From Squalus acanthias (taxonomy: Eukaryota): DNA of 64,000 nt. Positions 12,541 through 24,324 of the stretch are shown here, piece after piece. A program made the position numbers and the translations under genes. The stretch spans positions 248,001 to 312,000 of the forward strand of contig JASTWF010000418.1 of the NCBI GenBank assembly GCA_030390025.1, in the 5' to 3' direction. The stretch's first letter is position 1. Each line of letters starts with the position of its first letter. The notes beneath the pieces are model-generated. The model made no database searches. It was not told the DNA's origin and worked only from the letters and a program-made list of their open reading frames with translations.

Positions 12541-13490
12541 TTAGTGCTCCCTCAGTACTGCCCTCCGACAGTGCAGCGCTCCCTCAGTACTGACCCTCCG
12601 ACAGTGCAGTGCTCCCTCAGTGCTGCCCCTCCAACTGTGCAGCGTTTCCTCAGTACTGCCCCTCCGACAGTGCGGCGCTCCTTCATTGCTACCCCTCCAA
12701 CAGTGCAGCACTCCCTCAGTACTGCCCCTCCGACAGTGCAGTGTTCCCTCAGTACAGACCCTCCGACAGTGCAGCACTCCCTCAGTACTGACCCTCTGAC
12801 AATGCAGCGCTCCCTCAGTACTGCCCCTCCAACTGTGCAGCGCTCCCTCAGTACTGCTCCTCCAACAGTGCAGCGCTCCCAGAGTACTGCCCCTCCGACA
12901 GTGCAGTGCTCCCTCAGTACCACCCCTCCAACTGTGCAGCGCTCCCTCAGTACTGACCCTCCGACAGTCCAGCGCTCTCTCAGTACTGCCCCTCCGACAG
13001 TGCGGTGCTCCCTCAGTACTGCCACTCCGACAGTGCGGCGCTCCCTCAGTACTGTCCCTCCGACAGTGCAGCGCTCCCTCAGTACTGCCTCTCTGACAGT
13101 GCAGCACTCCCTCAGTACCGCCCCTCCGACAGTGCGGTGCTCCCTCAGTACTGACCCTCCCACAGTGCAGCACTCCCTCAGTACTGCCCCTCCGACAGTG
13201 CGGCGCTCCCTCAGTACTGCCCCTCCGACAGTGCGGCGCTCCCTCAGTACTGCCCCTCCGACAGTGCGGCGCTCCCTCAGTACTGCCCCTCCGACAGTGC
13301 TGTGCTCCCTCAGTACTGCCCCTCCGACAGTGCGGTGCTCCCTCAGTACTGCCCCTCCGACAGTGCGGTGCTCCCTCAGTACTGCCCCTCCGACAGTTCG
13401 GCGCTCCCTCAGTACTGCCCCTCCGACAGTGCAGCGCTCCCTCAGTACTGCCACTGAGACAGTTCGGCGCTCCCTCAGTACTGACCCTCA
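12541..13490. repeat. 33-bp minisatellite (CAGTACTGCCCCTCCGACAGTGCGGCGCTCCCT), probably derived from a DeuSINE-type central domain
   Basis: 11-aa periodicity in the spurious ORFs. The SINE origin is from recalled similarity only. Confidence 0.85.
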
Positions 13491-13529
13491 TTCCCTCTGA
13501 CCCTCTCCTCCCCTCAGTCCCGCCAACCG

Positions 13530-16500
13530 TTTCCACAGCCCTCTGGGGCAGAGAATTCCAAAGATTCACAGCCCTCTGAGTGAAGAAATTCCTCCTCATC
13601 TCAGTCTTAAATGGCCGACCCCTTATCCTGAGACTATGCCCCCTAGTTCTAGACACTCCAGCCAGGGGAAACAACCTCTCAGCATCTACCCTGTCAATCC
13701 CCTTCAGAATCTTGTATGTTTCAATGAGATCCCCTCTCATTCTTCTAAACTCCAGAGAGTATTGGCCCATTCTACACAATCTCTCCTCATAGGACACCCC
13801 TCTCATCCCAGGAATCAATCTAGTGAACCTTCGTTGCACTGCCTCCAAGGCAAGTATATCCTTCCTTAGATAAGGAGACCCAAACTGTGCACAGTACTCC
13901 AGGTGTGGTCTCACCAAGGCCCTGTACAATTGTAGCAAGACTTCCTTACTCTTATACTCCAACCCCCTTGCAATAAAGGCCAACATTCCATTTGCCTTCC
14001 TAATTGCTTGCTGTACCTGTATGCTAGCTTTCTGTGTTTCTTGTATGAGTGAATACACCTGAATCTCTCTGAACACCAACATTTGAAAATTTCTCACCAT
14101 TTAAAAAAATACAGTTTTTCTATTCATCCGACCAAATTGAATAACCTCACCTGTCCCCTCTGGTTCTTTTGTCAAATACCTTAAACCTGTGCTCTCTGGT
14201 GTCCGACCCTCCTGCCACTGGAAACAGTTTCTCCTTATTTCCTCCATCAAAACCCTTGTTGATTTTGAACACCTCTATCAAATCTCCCCTTAACCTTCTC
14301 TGCTCTGAGGAGAACAACCCCAGCTTCTCCAGTCTCTCCACATATCTGAAATCATTCTTCCCTGGTACGCTCCCAGTAAATTTCCACTGCACCCTCTCTG
14401 GAATTTTTTGAGGCTGTAACTGGTAGAATAGATAAGGGAGAACCAGTAGATGTGGTGTATTTGGACTTTCAGAAGGCTTTCGATAAGGTCCCGCATGAGA
14501 GATTAGCGTGCAAAGTTAAAGCACATGGGATTGGGGGTAAGGTACTGACTTGGATAGAGAACTGGCTGGCAGACAGGAAGCAAAGAGTTGGAATAAACGG
14601 GTCTTTTTCCGAGTGGCAGGCAGTGACTAGTGGGGTACCGCAGGGATCGGTGCTAGGACCCCAGCTATTCACAATATATATTAATGATCTAGACGAGGGA
14701 ACTAGATATAATATCTCTAAGTTTGCAGACGACACAATGGGTGAAACTAGAACTAGGGGGCATAGTCTTAGAATAAGGGGCTGCTCTTTCAAAACTGAGA
14801 TGAGAAGGAACTACTTCACTCAGAGGGTGGTAGGTCCATGGAATATGCTGCCCCAAAAAGCTGTAGAAGCTACATCATGACATAAATTTAAAACAGAAAC
14901 AGACAGTTTCCTAGAAGTAAAGGGAATTAAGGGTTACGGGGAGCGGGCAGGAATTTGGACATGAGTCTAGGTTCGGATCGGTCATGGCCCTGTGGGTAGC
15001 GTAGCGGGCCCAGGGGCCGTGTAGCCTGATCCTGCTCCTATTTCGTGTGTCCAATTCTGTTAGATGCAGGAGATGGTTCTGTGATAGTAGATTGGCGGTT
15101 AGGATCAGATCAGCCATGATCTTATTGAATGGCGGAGCAGGCTCGAGGGGCCAATTTGCCTACTCCTGCTCCTATTTCTTATGTTCTTATGTTCTTATTA
15201 AAGCTGGGTGGGCGTGTGTGCTGTGAGGAGGATGCAGAGAAACTCCAGTATGATTTGGACAGGTTGGGTAATTGGACAGGTGCATGGCAGATGCAGTATA
15301 ATGTGGATAAATGTGAGGTTATCCACTTTGGTGGCAAAAACAGGAAGACAGATTATTAGCTGAATGGCAATAGATTGGGAGAAGGGGAAGTGCAACGAGA
15401 TCTGGGAATCCTTGTGCACCAGTCACTGAAGGTAAGCATGCAGGTGCATGGCATGTTGGCCTTCATAGTGAAAGGATTCGAGTACAGGAGCAAGGATGAC
15501 CTGCTGCAGTTGTACAAGGCCTTGGTGAGACAACACAGAATCACAGAATCCCCACAGTGCAGATAGAGGCCATTTCGGCCCATCGAGCCTGCACCGACAC
15601 ATATCCCACCCTATCCCCGTAACCCCACCTAACACTAAGGGTCAATTTATCATAGCCAAATCAACCTCACCCGCACATCTTTGGACTGTGGGAGGAAACC
15701 GGAGCACCCGGAGGAAACCCACGCAGACACAGGGAGAATGTGCAAACTCCACACAGACAGTCACCCGAGGCCGAATTCGAACCCGGGTCCCTGGCGCTGT
15801 GAGGTAACAGTGCTAACCACTATGCCACCGTGTTACACCTTGAGTATTGTGTGCAGTTTTGGTCGCCTTATCTGAGGAAGGATGTTCTTGCCATGGAGGG
15901 AGTTCAGCAAAGATTCACCAGACTGATACCTGGGATGGCAGGAATGACGTATGAAGAGAGATTGGGTCGATTAGGCTTATATTCGCTAGAGTTTCGAAGA
16001 ATGAGAGGGGATCTCATTGAAACTTAGAAAATTCTAACAGGACTAGACAGACCAGATGCAGGAACGATGTTCCCGATGGCGGGGGAGTCCAGAACCAGAG
16101 GCCACAGTCTAAGGACAAGGGGTAAGCCATTTAGAACTGAGATGAGGAGGAATTTCTTCACCCAGAGAGTGGTGAACCTGTGGAATTCTCTACCACAGAA
16201 GGCAGTAGAGGCCAATTCATTAAATATATTCAAGAAGGAGTTAGATATATTTCTTAAGGCTAAAGGGATCAAGGGATATGGGGAGAAGGCAGGGACAGGG
16301 TACTGAGTTTGGATGATCAGCCATGATCTCATCGAATGGCGGAGCAGGCTCGAGGGGCCGAATGGCCTACTCCTGCTCCTATCTTCTATGTTTCTATGTT
16401 TCTGCCCAGAATTGGACTCAGTGCTCCAGTTGGGGCCTAACCAGTGATTTGTAAAGGTTCAGCATAACTTCCTTGGTTTTGTACTCTCCGCATCTATTAA

Positions 16501-17865
16501 TAGACCCAAGGATCCTGTATACATTTTTAACAACCTTCTCAAATAGTCCTCCCATCTTCAAAGACTTGTGTACGTACACGCCCAAGGTCTCTCTCTTCCT
16601 GCACACTCTTTGAAATTGTATCATTTAGTTTATATTGCCTCTCAATTCTTCCTACCAAAATGTATCACTTCGCACTTCTCTGCGTTAAACTTCATCTGCC
16701 ATGTGTCTGCCCATTCCACCAGCCTGTCTCTGGCCCCCTGAAGTCTGCTACTATCCTCCTCACTGTTGACGACATTTCCGAGTTTTGTATCATCTACAAA
16801 CTTGGAAATGATGCCCTGTAGACCCAAGTCTAGGTCATTAATATATATCAAAAAGAGCAGTGGTCCTAATACTGACCCCATGGGGGAACACCACTGTATA
16901 CTTCCCTCCAGTCTCAAAAAACAACCGTTCACCACAACTCTCTGCTTTCTGTCTCTTAGCCAATGTTGTTATCCACGTAGACACTGTCCCTTTAATCAGA
17001 GAGTTAGAACATAAGATAAGAACGTAAGAAATAAGAGCTGGAGTCGGCCATTTGGCCCCTCGAGCCTGCTCCGCCATTCAATGAGATCATGGCTGATCTT
17101 TTAGCTCAACTCCACCTTCCCGAACTAGCCCCATATCAATATTCAAAAATCTATCGATCTCTGTCTTGAATATACTCAACAACTGAGCCTCCACAGCCCT
17201 CTGGGGGAGAGAATTCCAAAGATTCACCACCCTCTGAGTGAAGAAATTTCTCCTCATCTCAGTCCTAAATGGCCGACCCCTTATTCTGAGACTGTGACCC
17301 CTGGTTCTAGACTCCCCAGCCAGGGGAAACATCCTCCCTGCATCTACCCTGTCAAGCCCTGTAAGAATGTTATATGTTTCAATGAGATCACCTCTCATTC
17401 TTCTAAACTCCAGAGAATATAAACCCAGTCTACTCAATCTCTCCTCATAGGACATTCCCCCCATCCCAGGAATCAGTCTGGTGAACCTTCGTTGCACTCC
17501 CTCTAAGGCAAGTATATCATTCCTTAGGTAAGGAGACCAAAACTGTACACAATACTCCAGGTGTGGTCTCACCAATGCCCTGTATAATTGTGGTAAGACT
17601 TCTTTACTCTTGTACTCTAATCCTTTTGTCACAAAAGCTAACATACCATTTGCTTTCCCAATTGCTTGCTGTACCTGCATGTTAACTTTCTGTGATTCAT
17701 GTACAAGGACACCCAGGTCCCTCTGAGTGCAAACATTTCCCAGTCCCTCACCATTCAAAAAATATTCTGCTTTGTTGTTTTCCCTACCAACGTGGATAAC
17801 TTCCCACTTCCCCACATTGTATTCCATTTGCCATGTTCTTGCCCACTCAGTTAACCTGTCTAATA
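13530..17865. mobile_element. Cluster of nested, 5'-truncated and degenerate CR1 fragments on both strands
   Basis: Broken RT-C-terminal ORFs (LVRPHLEYCVQFWSPY, EMRRNFFTQRVV) and several CR1 3' hairpin/tails. Confidence 0.9.
15535..15834 (-). mobile_element. tRNA-derived SINE (HE1/V-SINE-like) inserted in a CR1
   Basis: Minus strand has A box TGGCATAGTGG, B box GGTTCGAATTC, central GGGTTTCCTCCGGGTGCTCCGG and a CR1-like tail. The element is absent at the paralogous site (~55740). Confidence 0.85.
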
Positions 17866-18308
17866 GACCCAGAAATTCCGATCGCAGGCCTCCCGCGGGC
17901 GGAGGGCTGCCATCTGGAAAAATCTCTCGCCTGGACCGGAGGGCTCCCGGGAGGCGCAGAGTTCGGCTGCTGGGCCTCTCCAAACTGTCGGTGCGCGGGG
18001 CCCACGTATCCCAGAGGCGCAGGCGGATCACAGCGTCCCTGGGATCACGTGGGCCATGGGGAGCCAATCAGAGAAGGGAATCTCCCTTCATACATTTGAC
18101 AGGAAGACCTGTCAAATATATGAATAGAGATCACCCCCAAAACATAGTAATGTTGAGGCTGCCGCGAAACACGAATTAAGGCTGAATCCATGTGTGTTAA
18201 ACAAGAGACTTTTTAATCACTGCATGGCACAAAATGGCTGCACAGAAAAGCTCCCAGAATTCTCTGGGCAAAACCTGAGGCCCCGCCCACTCCTGCCTTA
18301 AAGGTAAG

Positions 18309-19203
18309 GGGGTAAAAATTCACTTGGTTGCGCCTCCCGTTAGCGCCTTAAGAGGGCGCTAATGGGGCGCAAAGCCGCTAACGCCCGGGCGCAGCGATGT
18401 TTGCGCCGCTCGAGAACTTAACTTGAGATTGTGCGGCGGCGCTAAAACTTACCGCTGCGACCACCTGCGCGCGCAGATTGTGACGTCATTCCATGGTGCA
18501 ACGCCCTTGTGGCGCCCCGGAGCGGAAATTGAGTGGCGCCCCCTGCCTTACCGCCTGGCGCTTCCAACGACCAGAAGACTGAAACGCTATCAATCGCTGT
18601 GGGGCTGGGGGGGGGGCGCTATTTAAAGGGGGCCTCTTCCTGTCTTTTATTGTTGGTGGCATTTTTGAACTACGCATTCTGAGAGAGAGAGGGAGAGACT
18701 TCTGGAGAGATTCAACGTTGTGTGAAGGAGTTTTGGGTACTGAGCAGCACTTTGCAGGTTCATTTTGATTTGCCATTCCTTGTATCGATTTAGCAGAGAC
18801 TGTGGGAGCTACACTCTGAGCTCTTTGCCTGGTACTCTCCATTGTTCTTTCCAGCACATTTGATGTGCAAGTCTCTCCAGGCCGAGATTCAAGGCAGCAA
18901 TGAACAGGATGTGGATGGAAAGCAAGATTAACCATCCCCTTTAAGAACTGGCCCGTGCCATTGTGTGTGTGTTCCATTGCTGACTGACATTACATGAGCT
19001 TCGCCAGCGCTCCGAGTTAGCGCCTCACTGCTCGGCCTTTGCGCCTTAAGAGAGGTGTGCAGTGCCTGCTTTAGCGCTCCACTCACCTCCCGGGGCGGTA
19101 AAAGTGAAGTTTCCTGTCAGTGCCGATAATTAGCGGCAGGCGCTAATATTTGCGTCCGGACGATATTTGCGCCCCAAATGGGGCGCGACCTAATTTCTAC
19201 CCC
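18309..19203. mobile_element. ~895-bp PIF/Harbinger-like MITE
   Basis: TIRs GGGGTAAAAATT / AATTTCTACCCC, 3-bp TSD AAG; copies at 42493-43386 (inverted) and 61469-62364. Confidence 0.8.
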
Positions 19204-19351
19204 AAGGTGCCTTAAAGGGAAGGTGCTGGATATTTGTCCACGGACGGAAGAGTGGACAATGCCCGTTTAGGTGGCGATCCGCCGCAGTAAAACTTCAATA
19301 AATTTTTAAAAAATCACATTTTTAAAATGAATTTAAATTACAATACATTAA

Positions 19352-20112
19352 GGGGTAAAAATTGAGTCGCGCCCCATTTGGGGCGCTAACCTCGCCGGGG
19401 CGCGACTTTTAGCGCCCCGAAAAAATTAGCGGCCCCGCGCCGGAACTTCAGTGGTTGCGCCCCAAGAGGGAAGCGGGGCGCCACTGGAAGCACCCCGCAT
19501 CCCTCTTGGGGCGCTGCGAGTGAATATCCTGGCGCTACGTGCCGCAGCGCCATGCGCTGCGGCACGTCACGCCGCGGTATTGCAGGCCTTCCTCCCCTTC
19601 TTAAAGGGGAGGGACCCTGCGCAGCGCGAACCGGGGCCCAGCTGGGCCCCCAGGGATCGGGAGTGCCGGCAAAAGAGCCCGGCACTCAAGAGAAGTGCCG
19701 GGCTCTTGGAGCGCAGCCGGCACTTCACGGTGGGGGGGCTTCACGGGGGCCGGGGACAGGTGCTGGCAGGCGGCCAGCAACAAAAATGGCCGCCTGCCAC
19801 CTCCGCTTTAAATATCGCCGCCCCGGCCGCACGTACGCCTCCCTGAACCCGTCGGACATAGCGTCTGGCGATAAATCAGGGGGCGCGACTGAAGATCACG
19901 GCCGGGGCGCGAGCGGGGTGCTGCGCACGGCGATGACGTCATCGCCGGCGGCGCAGCGCCACAGGGCGCTACCGGCTGCCGCCGCCGCTAACCTCCCACT
20001 AAATTTTTCGGGAGGCGTGGGCGGCGCTGCGCCCGGGCGTTAGCTGCTTTACGCCCCATTAGCGCCCTCTTAAGGCGCTAACGGGAGGCGCAAGCAGCTG
20101 AATTTTTCCCCC
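19352..20112. mobile_element. ~760-bp GC-rich PIF/Harbinger-like MITE
   Basis: TIRs GGGGTAAAAATT / AATTTTTCCCCC, TAA TSD; empty site with a single TAA in the paralog at 62510-62512. Confidence 0.88.
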
Positions 20113-20493
20113 TAAGTATTTTAAACAAAAATTTTATTTTTTGAAAAAAATTATTAAAGTTTTTAACAGGGCTACAAATAAACTTACCTTTCTTTAAAGT
20201 ATTTTTAAATGATAAATCAGTGGAATTTTTTTTTTTTTTTTTACTTTTTTCAACTCTTAGGCGCAAGAATTGTAAGTGTTTTCTGCGGGCGGAAGGTCTC
20301 CAAAAAACGGAACTCTCCCCCCGCAGAGGCCCTGCTCCCGGGCAGGCGGAGGATCTGTCAAGAGCTTTCTAGATAGATGGGAAATGCCGGTTTCCAGTGC
20401 ATGTGCAGTGCATGACTAAAACCGGCATTTCCGTTGCCCCTACGGGTGAGTACACAGCGCGTACACACCCGTAGGGAACAGAATTTCTGCCCC

Positions 20494-20790
20494 AATATCT
20501 CTCTGCAGCCTCTTTGTGTCCTCCTCACAGCTTACTTTCTCACCTAACTTTGTATCATCAGCTAACTTGGATACGTTACACTCAGTCCCTTCATCTAAGT
20601 CATTAATATAGATTATAAATAGCTGAGGCCCAAGCACTGATCCTTGCGGCACCTCACTCGTTACAGCCTGCCAACCTGAAAAAGTCCCGTTTATTCCTAC
20701 TCTCTGTTTTCTGTCCGTTAACCAATCCTCTATCCATGGTAATATAACACTCCCAATCCCATGAGTCCTAATTTTGTGCATAATAGATAG
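20494..20790 (-). mobile_element. CR1 RT fragment (continuation of the CR1 split by the TIR element)
   Basis: [13 protein letters not shown]...VPQGSVLGP...ADDTK. Confidence 0.85.
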
Positions 20791-20984
20791 GCGGGAGGAG
20801 GTTTTTGTGAGGAGGATTGGGTATAAATAAAAGATCACAGGAACACGGGCAGTAGGAAGCAGTTTAATGGGTTATCAGTTGCAGGAATAGCGCACAGATT
20901 GTTAAGGTCGGGAACTGGTCATCGGAGGGAGTTTAATGGAATAATATCTGGGATTGGCACTGGGTTAGGTGTGGGATTGGGTGA

Positions 20985-21620
20985 GTGAGATGGTGGGTGG
21001 GTGAGATGGTGGGTGGGTGAGATGGTGGGTGGGTGAGATGGTGGGTGGGTGAGATGTTGGGTGGGTGGGTGAGATGGTGGGTGGGTGAGATGGTGTGTGA
21101 GTTCGATGCCGGGTGGGTGAGTTCGATGCCGGGTGGGTGAGTTCGATGCCGGGTGGGTGAGTTCGATGCCGGGTGGGTGAGTTCGATGCCGGGTGGGTGA
21201 GTTCGATGCCGGGTGGGTGAGTTCGATGCCGGGTGGGTGAGTTCGATGCCGGGTGGGTCAGTTCGATGCCGGGTGGGTGAGTTCGATGCCGGTTGGGTGA
21301 GTTCGATGCCGGTTGGGTGAGTTCGATGCCGGGTGGGTGAGTTCGATGCCGGGTGGGTTAGTTCGATGCCGGGTGGGTGAGTTCGATGCCGGGTGGGTCA
21401 GTTCGATGCCGGGTGGGTCAGTTCGATGCCGGGTGGGTGAGTTCGATGCCGGGTGGGTGAGTTCGATGCCGGGTGGGTGAGTTCGATGCCGGGTGGGTGA
21501 GTTCGATGCCGGGTGGGTCAGTTCGATGCCGGGTGGGTCAGTTCGATGCCGGGTGGGTGAGTTCGATGCCGGGTGGGTCAGTTCGATGCCGGGTGGGTGA
21601 GTTCGATGCCGGGTGGGAGA
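20985..21620. repeat. G-rich 16-bp repeat followed by a 20-bp minisatellite (GAGTTCGATGCCGGGTGGGT)n
   Basis: Direct tandem repeat; paralog at ~63380-64000. Confidence 0.95.
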
Positions 21621-21904
21621 GTTATGTTACAAGGATAGGTTTAATGATCCGAACAGTCTATTGTTCAAGCAGTTTCCTACTCCATTGATCTCACAGGCAG
21701 TAATGAGCAGTGGAGGGTGCTGGAGCTGTCGAGAATGTTCAGCCGATGTGTATCCGGGATTTGCTGAAATCTCGTCCTTAATACGTCACGTGACCTGTTC
21801 ACTGAAATGAAAAGAAATGAGTTTAAAAATGAGCCGGAGACCTGAACAGGTAAAAGTGTCGCTAAAACCACCAGCGATCTTCCTACTGATTGCAATTCAA
21901 GCAG

Positions 21905-22335
21905 TGTGTAGACACACCGTGCGCACACCAGGCATGTACAGGTGTGTGTTACACACCAACCTCACACCAGGCATGTACAGGTGTGTGTTACACACCAACC
22001 TCACACCAGGCATTTACAGGTGTGTGTAGACACACCAACCTCACACCAGGCACGTACAGGTGTGTGTTACACACCAACCTCACACCAGGCATGTACAGGT
22101 GTGTGTTACACACCAACCTCACACCAGGCATGTACAAATGTGTGTAGACACACCAACCTCACACCAGGCACGTACAGGTGTGTGTTACACACCAACCTCA
22201 CACCAGGCATGTACAGGTGTGTGTTACACACCAACCTCACACCAGGCATGTACAGGTGTGTGTTACACACCGTGCTCACACCAGGCATGTACAGGTCACC
22301 GAGCTCGCAACACAACAAGCTCACACCAGGCATGC
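21905..22335. repeat. 39-bp minisatellite (ACACACCAACCTCACACCAGGCATGTACAGGTGTGTGTT)
   Basis: Direct tandem repeat. Confidence 0.9.
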
Positions 22336-22339
22336 ATGC

Positions 22340-24260
22340 TCCCACAGTGCTGTTAGGGAGGGAGTTCCAGGATTTTGACCCAGTGACGATGAAGGAACGG
22401 CCGATATATTTCCAAGTCAGGATTGTGTGTGACTTGGAGGGGAACTTGGAGGTGGTGGTGTTCCCATGCGCCTGCTGCCCTTGTCCTTCTAGGTAGTAGA
22501 GGTCGCGGGTTTGGGAGGTGCTGCCGAAGAAGCCTTGGCGAGTTGCTGCAGTGCATCTTGTAGATGGTACACACTGCAGCCACGGTACGCCGGTGGTGGA
22601 GGGAGTGAATGTTTAAGGTGGTGGATGGGCTGCCAATCAAGCGAGTTGCTTTGTCCTGCATGTTGTCGAGCTTCTTGAGTGTTGTTGGAGCTGCACTCAT
22701 CCAGGCAAGTGGAGAGTATTCCATCACACTCCTGACATGTGCCTTGTAGATGGTGGAAAGGCTTTGGGGAGTCAGGAGGTGAGACACTCGCCACAGAATG
22801 TATATTTGGATTTCCAAAAGGGATTCGATAAGTTGCCACATCAAAGGTTATTACACAAGATTAGGGCTCATGGGGTTGGGGGTAATATAGTGGTATGGAT
22901 AGAGGATTGGTTAATGGACAGAAAACAGAGAGTCGGGATAAACGGGTCTTTTTCAGGTTGGCAGGCTGTAACTAGTGGGGTGCCGCAAGGATCAGTGTTG
23001 GGGCTTCAGCTATTTACAATCTATATCAATGAGCTAGATGAAGGGATCGCGTTTAATGTATCCAAGTTTGCTGATGATACACAGCTAGGTGGGACAGTAA
23101 GCTGTGAGGAGAACACAAAGAGTGTGCAAAGGGATATAGATAGACTAAGTGAGTGGGCAGTAAGGTGGCAGATGGAGTATAATGTAAGGAAATGTGAGGT
23201 TATTTACTTTGGTAGGAAGAATAGAAAAACAGAATATTTTTTAAATGGTGAGAAACTTTCAAATGTTGGTGTTCAGAGGGATTTTGATGTCCTTGTGCAA
23301 GAAACACAGAAAGCTAGCATTGCAGGTACAGCAAGCAATAAGGAAGGCAAATGGCATGTTGGCCTTTATTGCAAGGGAGTTGGAGTATAAGAGTAAGGAA
23401 GTCTTGCTACAATTGTACAGGGCCTTGGTGAGACCACACCTGGAGTACTGGGCACAGTTTTGGTCTCCTTATCTAAGGAAGGATATACTTGCCTTGGAGG
23501 CGGTGCAACGAAGGTTCACTAGATTGATTCCTGGGATGAGAGGGCTGTCCTATGATGAGAGATTGTGTAGAATGGGCCGATACTCTCTGGAGTTTAGAAG
23601 AATGAGAGGTGATCTCATTGAAACATACAAGATTCTGAGGGGGATTGACAGGGTAGATGCTGAGAGGTTGTTTCCCCTGGCTGGAGTGTCTAGAACTAGG
23701 GGGCACAGTCTCAGGATAAGGGGTCGACCATTTACGACTGAGATGAGGAGGAATTTCTTCACTCAGAGGGTTGTGAATCTTTGGAATTCTCTGCCCCAGA
23801 GGGCTGTGGATGTTGAGTCTTTGAGTATATTCAAGGCTGAGATCGATAGATTTCTGGACTCTCGGGGAATCAAGGGATATGGAGATCGGGCGGGAAAGTG
23901 GAGTTGAGGTCGATGATCAGCCATGATCTTATTGAATGGCTCGAGGGGCCGTATGGCCGACTCCTGCTCCTATTTCTTTTGTTCTTATGTTCTTAGAATA
24001 CCCAGCCTCTGACCTGCTCTTGTAGCCACAGTATTTATGTGGCTGGTCCAGTTAAGTTTCTGATCAATGGTGACCCCTAGGATGTTGATGGTGGGGGATT
24101 CGGCGATGGTAATGCTTTTGAATGTCAAGGGGCGGTGGCTAGATTCTCTCTTGTTGGAGATGGCCATTGCCTGGCACTTGTGAGGCTCATATGTTACTTA
24201 CCACTGATCAGCTCAGGCCTGGATGTTATTCAGCTCATGCTGCATGTGGGCATGGACTGC
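22340..24260 (-). mobile_element. CR1/L2-clade LINE fragment of a second family, split by a younger CR1
   Basis: YSPLAWMSAAPTTLKKLD and ILGVTIDQKLNW RT-C-terminal segments; related copy at 47850-48945. Confidence 0.75.
22800..23994 (+). mobile_element. 5'-truncated CR1 with AGAAT target-site duplication
   Basis: RT motifs with a frameshift and a 3' tail; AGAAT at 22795-22799 and 23995-23999. Confidence 0.85.
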
Positions 24261-24324
24261 ACCAACATTAAGAGGTATAGCACCAGGAGTCGGACCAGCA
24301 GATGTGGAGCAGGACTCCCTCTAT

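Larger units (their letters stand above)
17866..20493. mobile_element. Non-autonomous TIR element (host of two nested MITEs) interrupting a minus-strand CR1
   Basis: Termini GACCCAGAAATTC...GAATTTCTGCCCC; CR1 RT sequence resumes on both sides; paralog at ~61026-62886. Confidence 0.6.

Noticed and set aside
12541-13490. CRISPR-like regular repeats
   Set aside because: No unique spacers, no cas genes, and a vertebrate context.
18486-18977. Recurrent 120-180 aa ORFs inside the MITEs
   Set aside because: No recognisable transposase or Myb motifs, and ORF ends differ between copies.
21905-22335. p53 half-site or E-box array in the 39-bp repeat
   Set aside because: AGGCATGTAC mismatches RRRCWWGYYY and is unpaired; the 6-bp CAGGTG is too short to be informative.
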